From Spirochaetia bacterium (lineage in GTDB: Bacteria; Spirochaetota; Spirochaetia; CADAEX01): a DNA stretch of 64,000 nt. Positions 29,300-37,896 of this stretch are shown here, piece after piece. The stretch is from positions 96,001 to 160,000 of the forward strand of contig JAZURI010000002.1 in the NCBI GenBank assembly GCA_045606105.1. The letters are read 5' to 3'. The position numbers and the translations under genes were made by a program. The notes beneath the pieces are model-generated. The model did no database searches. It was not told where the DNA came from and saw only the letters and a program-made list of their open reading frames with translations. How positions within the stretch are numbered: position 1 is the first letter of the stretch; each line of letters begins with the position of its first letter.

Positions 29300-30985
29300 A
29301 TGGCTGAGAAAGAAATGATCAATGAAGAAACAATTAATCAGACAAATCTTCAGGAAGAATACCTGAAGTCCCTTAATGAACTTGAAGATGGACAGATTGT
29401 CGAAGGTACAATCATCCAGGTAACACCTGACACAGTTTTCATCGATATCGGATACAAATCAGAGGGAAAAATTTCAATTAACGAATTCGAGGAAGCTCCT
29501 CAGCTGGGCGACACAATCAAGGTTGTTCTCGTTAAGAAAGATACACGGGACGGACAGATTGTGGTTTCAAAGAAGAAATACGACGAAAAGAAAATCTGGC
29601 AGGACGTAAAGGCTGCATTTGATAACGGTACACCTGTAAAGGGAAAAATTGCCAAGAGCGTGAAGGGGGGATTCGAAGTAGTCCTCGGTCCGGACATCAA
29701 GGGTTTCCTCCCAATTTCAAAGGCAGATGTTTTCAAGATCGAAGATCCGGCTCCATACATCGGAACAGAATCCATGTTCTACCTTGAAAGACTTTTCAGC
29801 GAAAAGAAAGTCAACATCGTTCTTAACAGAAGAAAATATATGACAGAAGAGCTCTCAAAGAAGAAAGAAGAGTTCTACAGTAATGTAAATGTAGGTGACA
29901 CAGTAGAAGGTACAGTAAAGACAATCGCAACATTCGGTGCATTCATCGATCTGGGCGGTTTCGATGGACTTCTCCACATCAACGACATGAGCTGGGGACA
30001 TGTAACAAAACCAAAGGAATTCGTAAAGAAAGGACAGAAAATTGCTCTCAAGGTTATCAACCTTGACAAGGAAAGCAACAAGATCAACCTTTCACTCAAG
30101 CATTTCAAGGAAAACCCTTGGGATACATTTGAAGACAGATATCATGTAAACGATGTTATCACAGGAAAGGTGACAAAGCTTACAGACTTCGGTGCATTCA
30201 TCGAGCTGGAAGAGGGAATCGAGGGAATGGCTCACATTTCTGAGTTCTCATGGATCAAGAAGGTAAACAATCCAAAGGATATCTTCAAGGCCGGCGACGA
30301 AGTAAAGTGCATGATTCTCGGATACAACCTTACAGAAGGGAAGATTTCTCTCGGTATCAAGCAGGTTGAGGACAACCCATGGGATACAATCGATGAAAGA
30401 TATCCTGCAGGAACAGTGGTTGAAAAACCAATTGTTAAAATCACAAACACAGGTGCATTCATCCAGCTGGAAGAGGGAATTGACGGATTCCTCCACGGAG
30501 ATGACATTTCCTGGACAAAGAAAGTAAAGAATCTCTCTTCAATGTTCAAGGTAGGCGATGTTGTAAAGACAGTTATCGTTAACTGCGACAAGGAACAGAG
30601 AAGAATCAAGCTCGGAATCAAGCAGCTTACAGAAAACCCATGGAGCGCATTTGCAAGAGAATTCCAGAGAGGAAGCATCGTAGAGGGTGAAATTTCCAGC
30701 AAGTCTGAATTCGGTCTTTTCGTAAAGGTAAAGGGCGATATCGAAGGTCTCATCAACAAGAGCAACATCAACGAGGAATTTGTTGAGGATGTTGACAAGG
30801 AAATGGAAAAGTTCAACGTTGGTGACAAGGTTAAGGCCATGGTTACAGAAATCAACCCTAAGAGACAGAAGCTCGCTCTTTCAATCAGAGAGTATAAGAA
30901 ATCACTCCAGAGAGAGGAAATTTCAAGATACATGAGCGAAAATGATGAACCTAAGGCAACTTTGGGAGATTTCATCAAACACTGA
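29300..30985 (+). CDS. rpsA: 30S ribosomal protein S1
   Basis: Six S1 domains (FGAFIDLGGFDGLLH, FGAFIELEEGIEG and similar); AGGAG RBS. Confidence 0.97.
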   Translation: MAEKEMINEETINQTNLQEEYLKSLNELEDGQIVEGTIIQVTPDTVFIDIGYKSEGKISINEFEEAPQLGDTIKVVLVKKDTRDGQIVVSKKKYDEKKIWQDVKAAFDNGTPVKGKIAKSVKGGFEVVLGPDIKGFLPISKADVFKIEDPAPYIGTESMFYLERLFSEKKVNIVLNRRKYMTEELSKKKEEFYSNVNVGDTVEGTVKTIATFGAFIDLGGFDGLLHINDMSWGHVTKPKEFVKKGQKIALKVINLDKESNKINLSLKHFKENPWDTFEDRYHVNDVITGKVTKLTDFGAFIELEEGIEGMAHISEFSWIKKVNNPKDIFKAGDEVKCMILGYNLTEGKISLGIKQVEDNPWDTIDERYPAGTVVEKPIVKITNTGAFIQLEEGIDGFLHGDDISWTKKVKNLSSMFKVGDVVKTVIVNCDKEQRRIKLGIKQLTENPWSAFAREFQRGSIVEGEISSKSEFGLFVKVKGDIEGLINKSNINEEFVEDVDKEMEKFNVGDKVKAMVTEINPKRQKLALSIREYKKSLQREEISRYMSENDEPKATLGDFIKH

Positions 30986-31002
30986 GTTTGAGGTTATAAG
31001 GT

Positions 31003-31692
31003 ATGCAACAGGAAGAAAAACCAAACGCACATCAGAGAATCCGCAAGTTTATCTCAAAATATACAAAACCTGCGGCTGTTTTTCTTGTAGCTGTGCTTGT
31101 AGTTTTTGTAGTTGTTGAAATTATAAATTTTGCAAATGCAAAGAAGGCTGAAAAGGCAACTGCCCTTATCGAGGATATCCAGGACAGATACATCGAGGCA
31201 GTTCAGGCAGAAGAGGATCCTGACAAGATTGCAATGTCAAAGTATCAGAGCTATCTGGACGAGATTGACGGCGTAATTGCACAGTACCCTAAGGAATATG
31301 CCGGACTCAGGGCTCTTTTCATGAAGGGCGACATGCTCTATTCATTCCGTGAATATGAAAAGGCAGCAACAGTCTACAGCGAATTTGCAGCAAGGTTTCC
31401 TGATTCCTATGATGCACCTATAGCTATCTATAATACAGGTGTATGCTATGAAAATCTCGGCAAGACAGCAGAGGCAGAGGCTGAATATCTTAAGATTTAT
31501 AACAATTATAAAGAAGATTATGCAATGATGCCTAAGCTTGTTTTCACCTTGGGCAGATTGGCAGAAGGCAGTCAGAAATATGCCGATGCTGAAAAATACT
31601 ACAATCAGATTACAGAAGAATATCCTGACAGCAACTATTCGCTGTACGGTCAGGACAGAATCATTCTGATGAAAGCCAAAGGACAGATCTGA
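31003..31692 (+). CDS. Membrane-anchored TPR protein (YfgM/CpoB-like)
   Basis: N-terminal TM helix followed by TPR-like helices ending YP/FPDS. Confidence 0.75.
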   Translation: MQQEEKPNAHQRIRKFISKYTKPAAVFLVAVLVVFVVVEIINFANAKKAEKATALIEDIQDRYIEAVQAEEDPDKIAMSKYQSYLDEIDGVIAQYPKEYAGLRALFMKGDMLYSFREYEKAATVYSEFAARFPDSYDAPIAIYNTGVCYENLGKTAEAEAEYLKIYNNYKEDYAMMPKLVFTLGRLAEGSQKYADAEKYYNQITEEYPDSNYSLYGQDRIILMKAKGQI

Positions 31693-31711
31693 AACTGATC
31701 CTTAAATTTAC

Positions 31712-31752
31712 AAAAACCGGTAACAAAGTATTAACTTTTTACCGGTTTTTTA
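31712..31752 (+). terminator. Intrinsic terminator after the rpsA-TPR operon
   Basis: AAAAACCGGTAA...TTACCGGTTTTT stem with T tract. Confidence 0.75.
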
Positions 31753-31767
31753 TTTATAATAGGGTAG

Positions 31768-32481
31768 ATGAAACTTAAGGGCATTTTTACTTTATTCATT
31801 ATATTGACTCTCTCCGCAGTTATGCTCTCATCCTCATGCGGACTCTACTCATATCCTTACATTTCACCGCCGGATGTAAGAACAGTCAGTATCACCGGTG
31901 GTAATGCCATTATCATCAATACCGGCGACAACGATCCCGATGTATTCCGGGGATACGAAATCTACTACAAGTTCTATAATCAGAGTACTGCAGCCAACGA
32001 CCAGAGAAATGACCACAATCAGATCTTCAACAAGCTCAATGACGATGCCCCTAAAGTGCTTACTGCAGCCGGATACAGAAGGGTCAGGACAGAGAAGAAC
32101 ACCAGGGACGACACCCTTTATCCTATGATTTCCGTACCGGCAGGGAGCAAGGATAACAGATTTGACCTTATAATCAATTTTTCTCCAATAACCACCAACG
32201 GCTCCAAGGAGGAACTCAAGATCCGATATCTGGGAACAGAGCTTTCACTGTACAGGGATGTGGTTGACCAGGCCCCTGACACAGGAGAATCTCCCAGTGC
32301 ATCAGATACCGTCTACAAGGACTTTAACAGCGACGACCTCCAGTATACCGAATACCAGGACGGGGATCTTCCGTCAGGTGATGTATCGCTTTCAATGTAT
32401 GTATTCTCATACGGAATCCATGAAAACATATACAACCTGTACAGCACACCGGTATGGCTGGGATATGTGAACTGCTGGTAA
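31768..32481 (+). CDS. Hypothetical lipoprotein
   Basis: Basic N-terminus, hydrophobic core, lipobox-like LSSSC. Confidence 0.7.
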   Translation: MKLKGIFTLFIILTLSAVMLSSSCGLYSYPYISPPDVRTVSITGGNAIIINTGDNDPDVFRGYEIYYKFYNQSTAANDQRNDHNQIFNKLNDDAPKVLTAAGYRRVRTEKNTRDDTLYPMISVPAGSKDNRFDLIINFSPITTNGSKEELKIRYLGTELSLYRDVVDQAPDTGESPSASDTVYKDFNSDDLQYTEYQDGDLPSGDVSLSMYVFSYGIHENIYNLYSTPVWLGYVNCW

Positions 32482-32491
32482 GGAGAGACAA

Positions 32492-32791
32492 ATGCTTGAT
32501 TATTATCTTGTAAATACAGCACTGGTTTATCTTATTGTGGGAGTTTCCTGTACATTGGTGCTTTATTATGCCTACAGGAGAGATTTCACCGGAAACCTGT
32601 GGACAGTAATGATCATGGCCATAGTAGGCTCATACCTGGGAGCTGTAATAGAGTATCTCTTCGGCGATATAATAACAGCCATGACACAGATAGCAGGCCA
32701 TATCAACATTTTTCCTCCTATAATAGTAGCCTGTATTGTTATCCATATCTATCACAAGGTCAGCAGCAAGAAAAACCGGGATAATAATTAA
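32492..32791 (+). CDS. Small membrane protein (GlsB/YeaQ/YmgE-like)
   Basis: AAGGAG RBS; three hydrophobic segments with 'AIVGSYLGA'. Confidence 0.6.
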   Translation: MLDYYLVNTALVYLIVGVSCTLVLYYAYRRDFTGNLWTVMIMAIVGSYLGAVIEYLFGDIITAMTQIAGHINIFPPIIVACIVIHIYHKVSSKKNRDNN

Positions 32792-32877
32792 CCCTCTGTT
32801 TGACTTGATATAATACATATTCTGTCTACTTTTATTTTCCCTGACATTCCTTACATCACCCCTGTCTTTTTCCGCAA

Positions 32878-32904
32878 ATAAAAAAACCCCCTTCCGGGGG
32901 CTTT
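32878..32904 (-). terminator. Intrinsic terminator of the sigma factor gene
   Basis: CCCCC-GGAA-GGGGG hairpin followed by T7 on the minus strand. Confidence 0.7.
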
Positions 32905-32931
32905 CTGAGAGTTTCCTGCTGAGGATGAAGA

Positions 32932-33792
32932 TCAGCATGAAGCATATATCTTGATATTTTTTGTCTGTACCAGGTTCTTAAGATGAAGAATGGCTTTCTT
33001 CTCAATCTGGCGGATTCTTTCTTTTGTAAGGTTATAAACCTCACCGATCTCCTTAAGAGACATCGGAGTCTCTCCGCTGAGTCCGTAACGGCGTCTGAGT
33101 ACTGCAGCTTCCTTTTCAGGGAGATTCATGAGCAGCTTTTCAATTTCTTCTTTCAGGGATTCATCAACAAGAATCTCTTCCGGAAGCTTGTAGCTCTTGT
33201 CCTCAACAAAGTCTCCGACTACGGAAGCATCTCTTGCGCCCGGATTGAGAGGTGTATCCAGCGATACATATTCTCTTGATACTGCAAGGAGATTTTCCAC
33301 CAGCCCCTTGTCCAGGTTAAGCATATCTGCCACCTCTTCCGCTGTCGGCTCCTCACCTGTTATTTCATAGATTTCCTTTCTGGCCTTTTCAATCTGAACC
33401 AGCTCACCGAACCTGTTGAGAGGAAGACGGATCATCTTGGATTTCTCGCCGATAGCCACAAGGATTGACTGTCTGATCCACCATACCGCATAGGAAATGA
33501 AATGGTATCCTCTTGATACATCGTACTTTTCAATGGCATTGATAAGACCGATATTTCCTTCGTTGATCAGATCTGTAATAGGAAGCCCCTTGTTCTGGTA
33601 TTTCTTGGCAACATTTACAACAAATCTGAGGTTTGATTTGATAAGGATATCTTTGGCCTTCTTATCTCCCTTTGCAGCAAGCTCAGCATATTTCTGCTCT
33701 TCTTCGTGTGAAAGCAGAGGAATCTTGTTGATTTCTTTAAGATATACTGCAAGAATGTTTTCGTCGTTGTTGATTGAATGTCTTTTTTTCAT
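32932..33792 (-). CDS. Alternative sigma70-family factor (RpoS-like; regions 1.2-4, no region 1.1)
   Basis: YLKEINKIPLL, NLRFVVNVAKKY, DLINEGNIGL, FISYAVWWIRQ, TKERIRQIEKKA; 286 aa. Confidence 0.9.
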   Translation of the reverse strand: MKKRHSINNDENILAVYLKEINKIPLLSHEEEQKYAELAAKGDKKAKDILIKSNLRFVVNVAKKYQNKGLPITDLINEGNIGLINAIEKYDVSRGYHFISYAVWWIRQSILVAIGEKSKMIRLPLNRFGELVQIEKARKEIYEITGEEPTAEEVADMLNLDKGLVENLLAVSREYVSLDTPLNPGARDASVVGDFVEDKSYKLPEEILVDESLKEEIEKLLMNLPEKEAAVLRRRYGLSGETPMSLKEIGEVYNLTKERIRQIEKKAILHLKNLVQTKNIKIYASC

Positions 33793-33816
33793 ATTTAACT
33801 TCCTTACATATATTCA

Positions 33817-33833
33817 TGCAATATCCATGCCAA
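33817..33833 (-). promoter_or_regulatory. sigma54 (-24/-12) promoter of the sigma factor gene
   Basis: TTGGCATG-GATA-TTGCA with exact GG-N10-GC spacing, ending 24 nt before the ATG. Confidence 0.8.
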
Positions 33834-33940
33834 TTTCCATATATTCCCTTTTAAAGCAACATATTTTCTTTTATTATAATACTTTATCTGATTATCAGCC
33901 TGAATGCGGTTTGGCAAGACAAACTGCGTAAACCTTAAAT

Positions 33941-33997
33941 AGCATCAATTTGACACATATGCTCCCCTACCCCCTTTAAATGAGTATTTATGACACA
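33941..33997. promoter_or_regulatory. Two candidate enhancer (UAS) sites for a sigma54 activator
   Basis: AGCATCA-ATT-TGACACA at 33941 and TGAGTAT-TTA-TGACACA at 33981, 40 bp apart. Confidence 0.5.
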
Positions 33998-34019
33998 GTT
34001 TTTTTTATTTCTTTTTATA

Positions 34020-34048
34020 TTGAAATTTCCTGTCCGGTTTTGTATATT
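34020..34048 (+). promoter_or_regulatory. sigma70 promoter of groES
   Basis: TTGAAA-N17-TATATT. Confidence 0.6.
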
Positions 34049-34075
34049 CATAGTAATTAATCAGGAGGATTTATT

Positions 34076-34345
34076 ATGAAAGTCACACCACTTGAGGACA
34101 GAGTCCTTATTAAAACTGCCGAGCTGGAAGAAAGAACAGCAAGCGGCCTTTTTATTCCTCAGACTGCACAGGAAAAGACACAGATCGGAATTGTAGAGGC
34201 TATCGGAAGTGACAAGGAGACAATCAAGGTAAAGATCGGTCAGAAAATCATGTATGACAAATATGCAGGCACCGGAATCAAGGTTGACGGAGCCGATTAT
34301 CTGATTCTTAAGTCAAAGGATATCCTTGCTATCATCGAAGACTGA
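34076..34345 (+). CDS. groS: Co-chaperonin GroES
   Basis: PLEDRVLI, TASGLFIP.TAQEK, KYAGT, DILAII; AGGAGG RBS. Confidence 0.96.
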   Translation: MKVTPLEDRVLIKTAELEERTASGLFIPQTAQEKTQIGIVEAIGSDKETIKVKIGQKIMYDKYAGTGIKVDGADYLILKSKDILAIIED

Positions 34346-34352
34346 GACCAAT

Positions 34353-34383
34353 AAAAAAAGCAGCTTTTCAGCTGCTTTTTTTT
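34353..34383. terminator. Bidirectional terminator between groES and the DMT gene
   Basis: A7-GCAGCT-TTTC-AGCTGC-T8. Confidence 0.85.
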
Positions 34384-35293
34384 AATTCAACAAATCACCG
34401 CTTTGGTCAACATGATCAAAACGCTGGGCCATTATAACGGCACAGAACATAAGGGCACATCCCCCCAGCTCCCTTACGGAGAAGCCCTCTCCCAGGATAA
34501 GCCAACCCGAAACAACAGCAAATACCGATTCAAAGCTCATGAGCAGTGAAGCAACTGCAGGCTCGGTCCATTTCTGCCCCACAATCTGGAGAGTATATGC
34601 GATACCGCAGGAAAAAAGACCTGAATACAGGATAGGAAGGATACAGGAGGTGAAGTTGCCTATTTCAGGCTTTTCAAAGATAAACATGCAGATAAGTCCC
34701 AGGAATCCTGCAACAAGGAACTGGATACAGGAGAGCCTGACACCGTCCACCTTAGGTGCGTAATGGGCTATTATAAGGATATGGAAAGCAAAGGCAACGG
34801 CACAGATAAGTGTTATGAAATCCCCTTTTCCGATGGAAAAACCTTCCTTGATACAGAGAAGATAAAGACCGCCCAGGCCGAGAATGATTGCACCCCATAC
34901 ATGGGTACGGATAGGCTTGCCGAGAAAAATACTGAAAACAGGAACCAGCAGGATATACAAAGCTGTAATGAAGCCTGATTTGCCGGCTGTGGTATATTCG
35001 ATACCTATCTGCTGGAGAGAGGATGCGATAAACAGTGCCACTCCGCAGAAAATCCCCCCCATGAGAAGAAACTTCCTTTCTTCTGGTGAAGTGTTTCTTT
35101 CTGACGCAGGTTTTTTCCTGTCCAGAAACCATATGACCGGAATAAGGGAAAGTCCACCGATAATTGTTCTTACGGAATTGAAGGAAAACGGTTCAAGATA
35201 ACTGGTTCCGAGGCGCTGAGCCACAAAAGAGGAACCCCAGATAAGTGCAGTAACAAGAAGCAGAATATTGCCTAAAAGTTTTTTATCTTTCAT
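34382..35293 (-). CDS. DMT/EamA family transporter
   Basis: About ten TM helices; IWGSSFVAQ, KSGFITALY, AYTLQIVGQK, SFESVFA. Confidence 0.9.
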   Translation of the reverse strand: MKDKKLLGNILLLVTALIWGSSFVAQRLGTSYLEPFSFNSVRTIIGGLSLIPVIWFLDRKKPASERNTSPEERKFLLMGGIFCGVALFIASSLQQIGIEYTTAGKSGFITALYILLVPVFSIFLGKPIRTHVWGAIILGLGGLYLLCIKEGFSIGKGDFITLICAVAFAFHILIIAHYAPKVDGVRLSCIQFLVAGFLGLICMFIFEKPEIGNFTSCILPILYSGLFSCGIAYTLQIVGQKWTEPAVASLLMSFESVFAVVSGWLILGEGFSVRELGGCALMFCAVIMAQRFDHVDQSGDLLN

Positions 35294-35345
35294 GACAATA
35301 AATTTACTAAATTTAGGGTTTTAAAACAAGGGGAACACAACAAGC

Positions 35346-35374
35346 TTGCCATCAGATTATTAATTTGTTATATT
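35346..35374 (+). promoter_or_regulatory. ssrA promoter
   Basis: TTGCCA-N17-TATATT with an extended -10 TG. Confidence 0.6.
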
Positions 35375-35387
35375 AATATTGTACCCA

Positions 35388-35731
35388 GGGGGTGAAAATG
35401 GTCTCGACTGGGGAATCTTGAAGCATGGACTGCAAGTAGAGAGCTGTCTCTTTAAACCGGCAAAAAAAATTTATCTGCTGAAACAGATTACGCTTTGGCT
35501 GCCTGAGGGCAACCACGAACCTTCGGAATGCGGCTCCTAAGTCCGAGCAGGTTTGTCATAAATCGGGGCTAGCCGGCATAAGCTCCTGCGGTATACCGGG
35601 ACTCCCAGCAGGATCAGGGAACGGTTGGGTCTGTTTTGGAATCTTGCCTTTCCCGAACTTAATCCAGAACTAAGCTTGTAGACGTTCATGGGTCAGTCTT
35701 CAGGACGCGGGTTCGACACCCGCCACCTCCA
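35388..35731 (+). ncRNA. ssrA: tmRNA; tag reading frame 35477-35506 encodes (A)AETDYALAA
   Basis: 5' GGGGGTG...CTCGAC, 3' T-arm GCGGGTTCGACACCCGC plus CACCTCCA, G3:U acceptor pair, tag ending YALAA-stop. Confidence 0.95.
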
Positions 35732-35831
35732 AACTTCGTCCTCCCCTATTATTACAAAAAAAGATTGATAAGATCGTTGTTTCGTGATAAATTGTATAAG
35801 TAAATCAAAAATCAATTATACAGGAAAAAAC

Positions 35832-37067
35832 ATGAAAAACGCAGACAAACTGAAATTAAATGTCAGACAGGTTGTTATCTGGAGTGCTGCAATGATTCTC
35901 GGTCTCATTTTGGGAACTCTGGGAATCGATAAGCTGAATGCATTCTTCAACTTCATCGCAGCTATTTTTTCAAACCTCTTCAAATTTGTGGCTGTACCTA
36001 CAATCGCATTGGCTATCACCACTACCCTTGCACAGCTGACAAACAAGAAAAATACAGGAAAAATCTTCCTCCATACAATCAGCTATACACTGCTGACAAC
36101 CCTTTTTGCGGCTCTGGTGGGAGCAGTGCTCTACATGGCTGTAAAACCGGGCAATCTCTCCGTACCTGCAGACCAGCTCCAGGCTATACAGAATGCGGCA
36201 AGCAATAACGGTGCATGGCACGGAATCTCTCTCTACGAACACATCCTCAATGTTGTACCAAGCAACATCGTGGCACCTTTCTCTTCCAGCAACGTACTGG
36301 CAATTGTAATTATCTCAGCAGCTGCAGGACTTGCTATCGCAGCCAGAAAGGAATCTGAAAACATCCAGGCTCTTTACAAGACTCTTATGGGACTTCAGGA
36401 GCTTTTCTTCACCCTTATCAAAGGACTTGTTTTTGCACTTCCTCTCGGAATCGTGGCTTTCTCTGCACAGCTTACAGCAATGCAGGCTACAGCAGCAGCC
36501 GGATCCCTTGGCAAATATGTAATGGTAGTCCTGACAGGAAACATCCTGCAGTTCTTTGTGGTTCTTCCGATTTTCCTTCTTATCCGCGGACTCAACCCAA
36601 TCAAGGTATTCAAAAACATGCTCCCTGCAGTTCTCATGGCCCTTTTCACAAAGAGTTCAATGGCAACTCTTCCTATGACTATTTCTTCTGCCGAAAACAA
36701 CATGAAGGCTAAACCTGAGGTTTCACGCTTCGTACTTCCTATCTGCTGTACAATCAACATGAACGGATGTGCCGCATTTATTTTGGTTACTTCCCTCTTT
36801 GTAATGCAGAACGGCGGTGTTCCTCTTACACTGGGAACAATAATCATGTGGGTACTTATTGCTGTAATTGCCGCAATCGGAAATGCAGGTGTACCTATGG
36901 GATGCTACTTCCTTACACTTTCCCTTATGGCCGGTATGAACATGCCGATCTGGGTTCTCGGAATCATCCTTCCGGTTTATGCAGTAATTGACATGATCGA
37001 GACAGCTGTAAACGTTTGGAGCGACTCCTGTGTATGTGCCATGGTTGATAAGGATACAAACAACTGA
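35832..37067 (+). CDS. Dicarboxylate/amino acid:cation symporter (DAACS, SstT/GltP-like)
   Basis: FTKSSMATLP, TINMNGCA, AAIGNAGVPMG, DMIETAVNVWSD. Confidence 0.9.
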   Translation: MKNADKLKLNVRQVVIWSAAMILGLILGTLGIDKLNAFFNFIAAIFSNLFKFVAVPTIALAITTTLAQLTNKKNTGKIFLHTISYTLLTTLFAALVGAVLYMAVKPGNLSVPADQLQAIQNAASNNGAWHGISLYEHILNVVPSNIVAPFSSSNVLAIVIISAAAGLAIAARKESENIQALYKTLMGLQELFFTLIKGLVFALPLGIVAFSAQLTAMQATAAAGSLGKYVMVVLTGNILQFFVVLPIFLLIRGLNPIKVFKNMLPAVLMALFTKSSMATLPMTISSAENNMKAKPEVSRFVLPICCTINMNGCAAFILVTSLFVMQNGGVPLTLGTIIMWVLIAVIAAIGNAGVPMGCYFLTLSLMAGMNMPIWVLGIILPVYAVIDMIETAVNVWSDSCVCAMVDKDTNN

Positions 37068-37090
37068 TAAACCGAAAGGTACACAAACAG

Positions 37091-37120
37091 AAAAGGCGGG
37101 CCTGAAACCCGCCTTTTTTT
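37091..37120. terminator. Bidirectional terminator between the symporter and the ehr operon
   Basis: AAAAGGCGGG-CCTGAAA-CCCGCCTTTTTTT. Confidence 0.85.
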
Positions 37121-37126
37121 ATTGAA

Positions 37127-37885
37127 TCATCTTTTCCGTATCAAAGACAATACGCCGTTTATGAATGTCAGCGGATGAACCGGACATCCCGGAATATATA
37201 GGTCTATGTTGTGCTTTTCAAGAAAGCTCCTGTCAATCCTGGTACTCTCCCTGAATACACCTCCGGAAATGGCACAGGCTCCGCAGAGAATAACAATCTT
37301 TGGGTCCGGTACCGATTCATAGCAGTTTTCCAGAGCATATGCCATGTTTTCCGATATGGGACCGGTAATGACTATTCCATCGGCATGACGGGGAGATGCT
37401 ACAAACTCTATTCCGAAACGACCCATATCAAAGTTTACGTTTGAGCAGGCATTGAGCTCCATTTCGCATCCGTTGCAGCCTCCTGCTGAAACCTGTCTGA
37501 GCTTCAGGGATCTTGAGAAAAGGGATGTTATTTCCTTTCTTGTCTTTACGGCAAGCTTTTCGTACATCTGAGGTGTCATGTCGTCGGTAATGACCAGCAG
37601 CTCACGGTTTGTGGATGAAAGCTTGTTGCTGTTGGTGAATTCTATGGCATGGGCAGAACAGTTCCGGCTGCACTCACCGCAGAAGGTACAGCGTCCCATA
37701 TCTATCATCAGAGGCTTGATGCTGATGGCATCGGCAGGACAGACTGAAACACACTTTCCGCAACCGTGACAGTAGCGGCTGTCAACCTTGGGAAGACCTC
37801 TGAACTGGCTTCTCATAGGTGCTGTTTCTATGCTCTTTATATACTGTTTTCCCTGAAAGATCCTTGTTTTCAATGTATCTATCAT
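37127..37885 (-). CDS. ehrS: Ehr small subunit: 2x[4Fe-4S] ferredoxin fused to a NuoB/HycG-like domain
   Basis: CHGCGKCVSVCP, CTFCGECSRNC, GGCNGCE, ASPRHAD, CGACA, PGCP. Confidence 0.85.
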   Translation of the reverse strand: MIDTLKTRIFQGKQYIKSIETAPMRSQFRGLPKVDSRYCHGCGKCVSVCPADAISIKPLMIDMGRCTFCGECSRNCSAHAIEFTNSNKLSSTNRELLVITDDMTPQMYEKLAVKTRKEITSLFSRSLKLRQVSAGGCNGCEMELNACSNVNFDMGRFGIEFVASPRHADGIVITGPISENMAYALENCYESVPDPKIVILCGACAISGGVFRESTRIDRSFLEKHNIDLYIPGCPVHPLTFINGVLSLIRKR

Positions 37886-37896
37886 TTTAGGCTCCC

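Noticed and set aside
30232-30978. 248-aa minus-strand ORF
   Set aside because: Antisense shadow of the strongly codon-biased rpsA.
28641-30985. cmk-rpsA fusion or read-through
   Set aside because: The genes are out of frame, separated by stops, and rpsA has its own AGGAG RBS.
33911-33928. Second sigma54-like motif TGGCAAGACAAACTGC pointing at groES
   Set aside because: GG-to-GC spacing is 11 nt rather than the required 10, and groES has a sigma70-type promoter.
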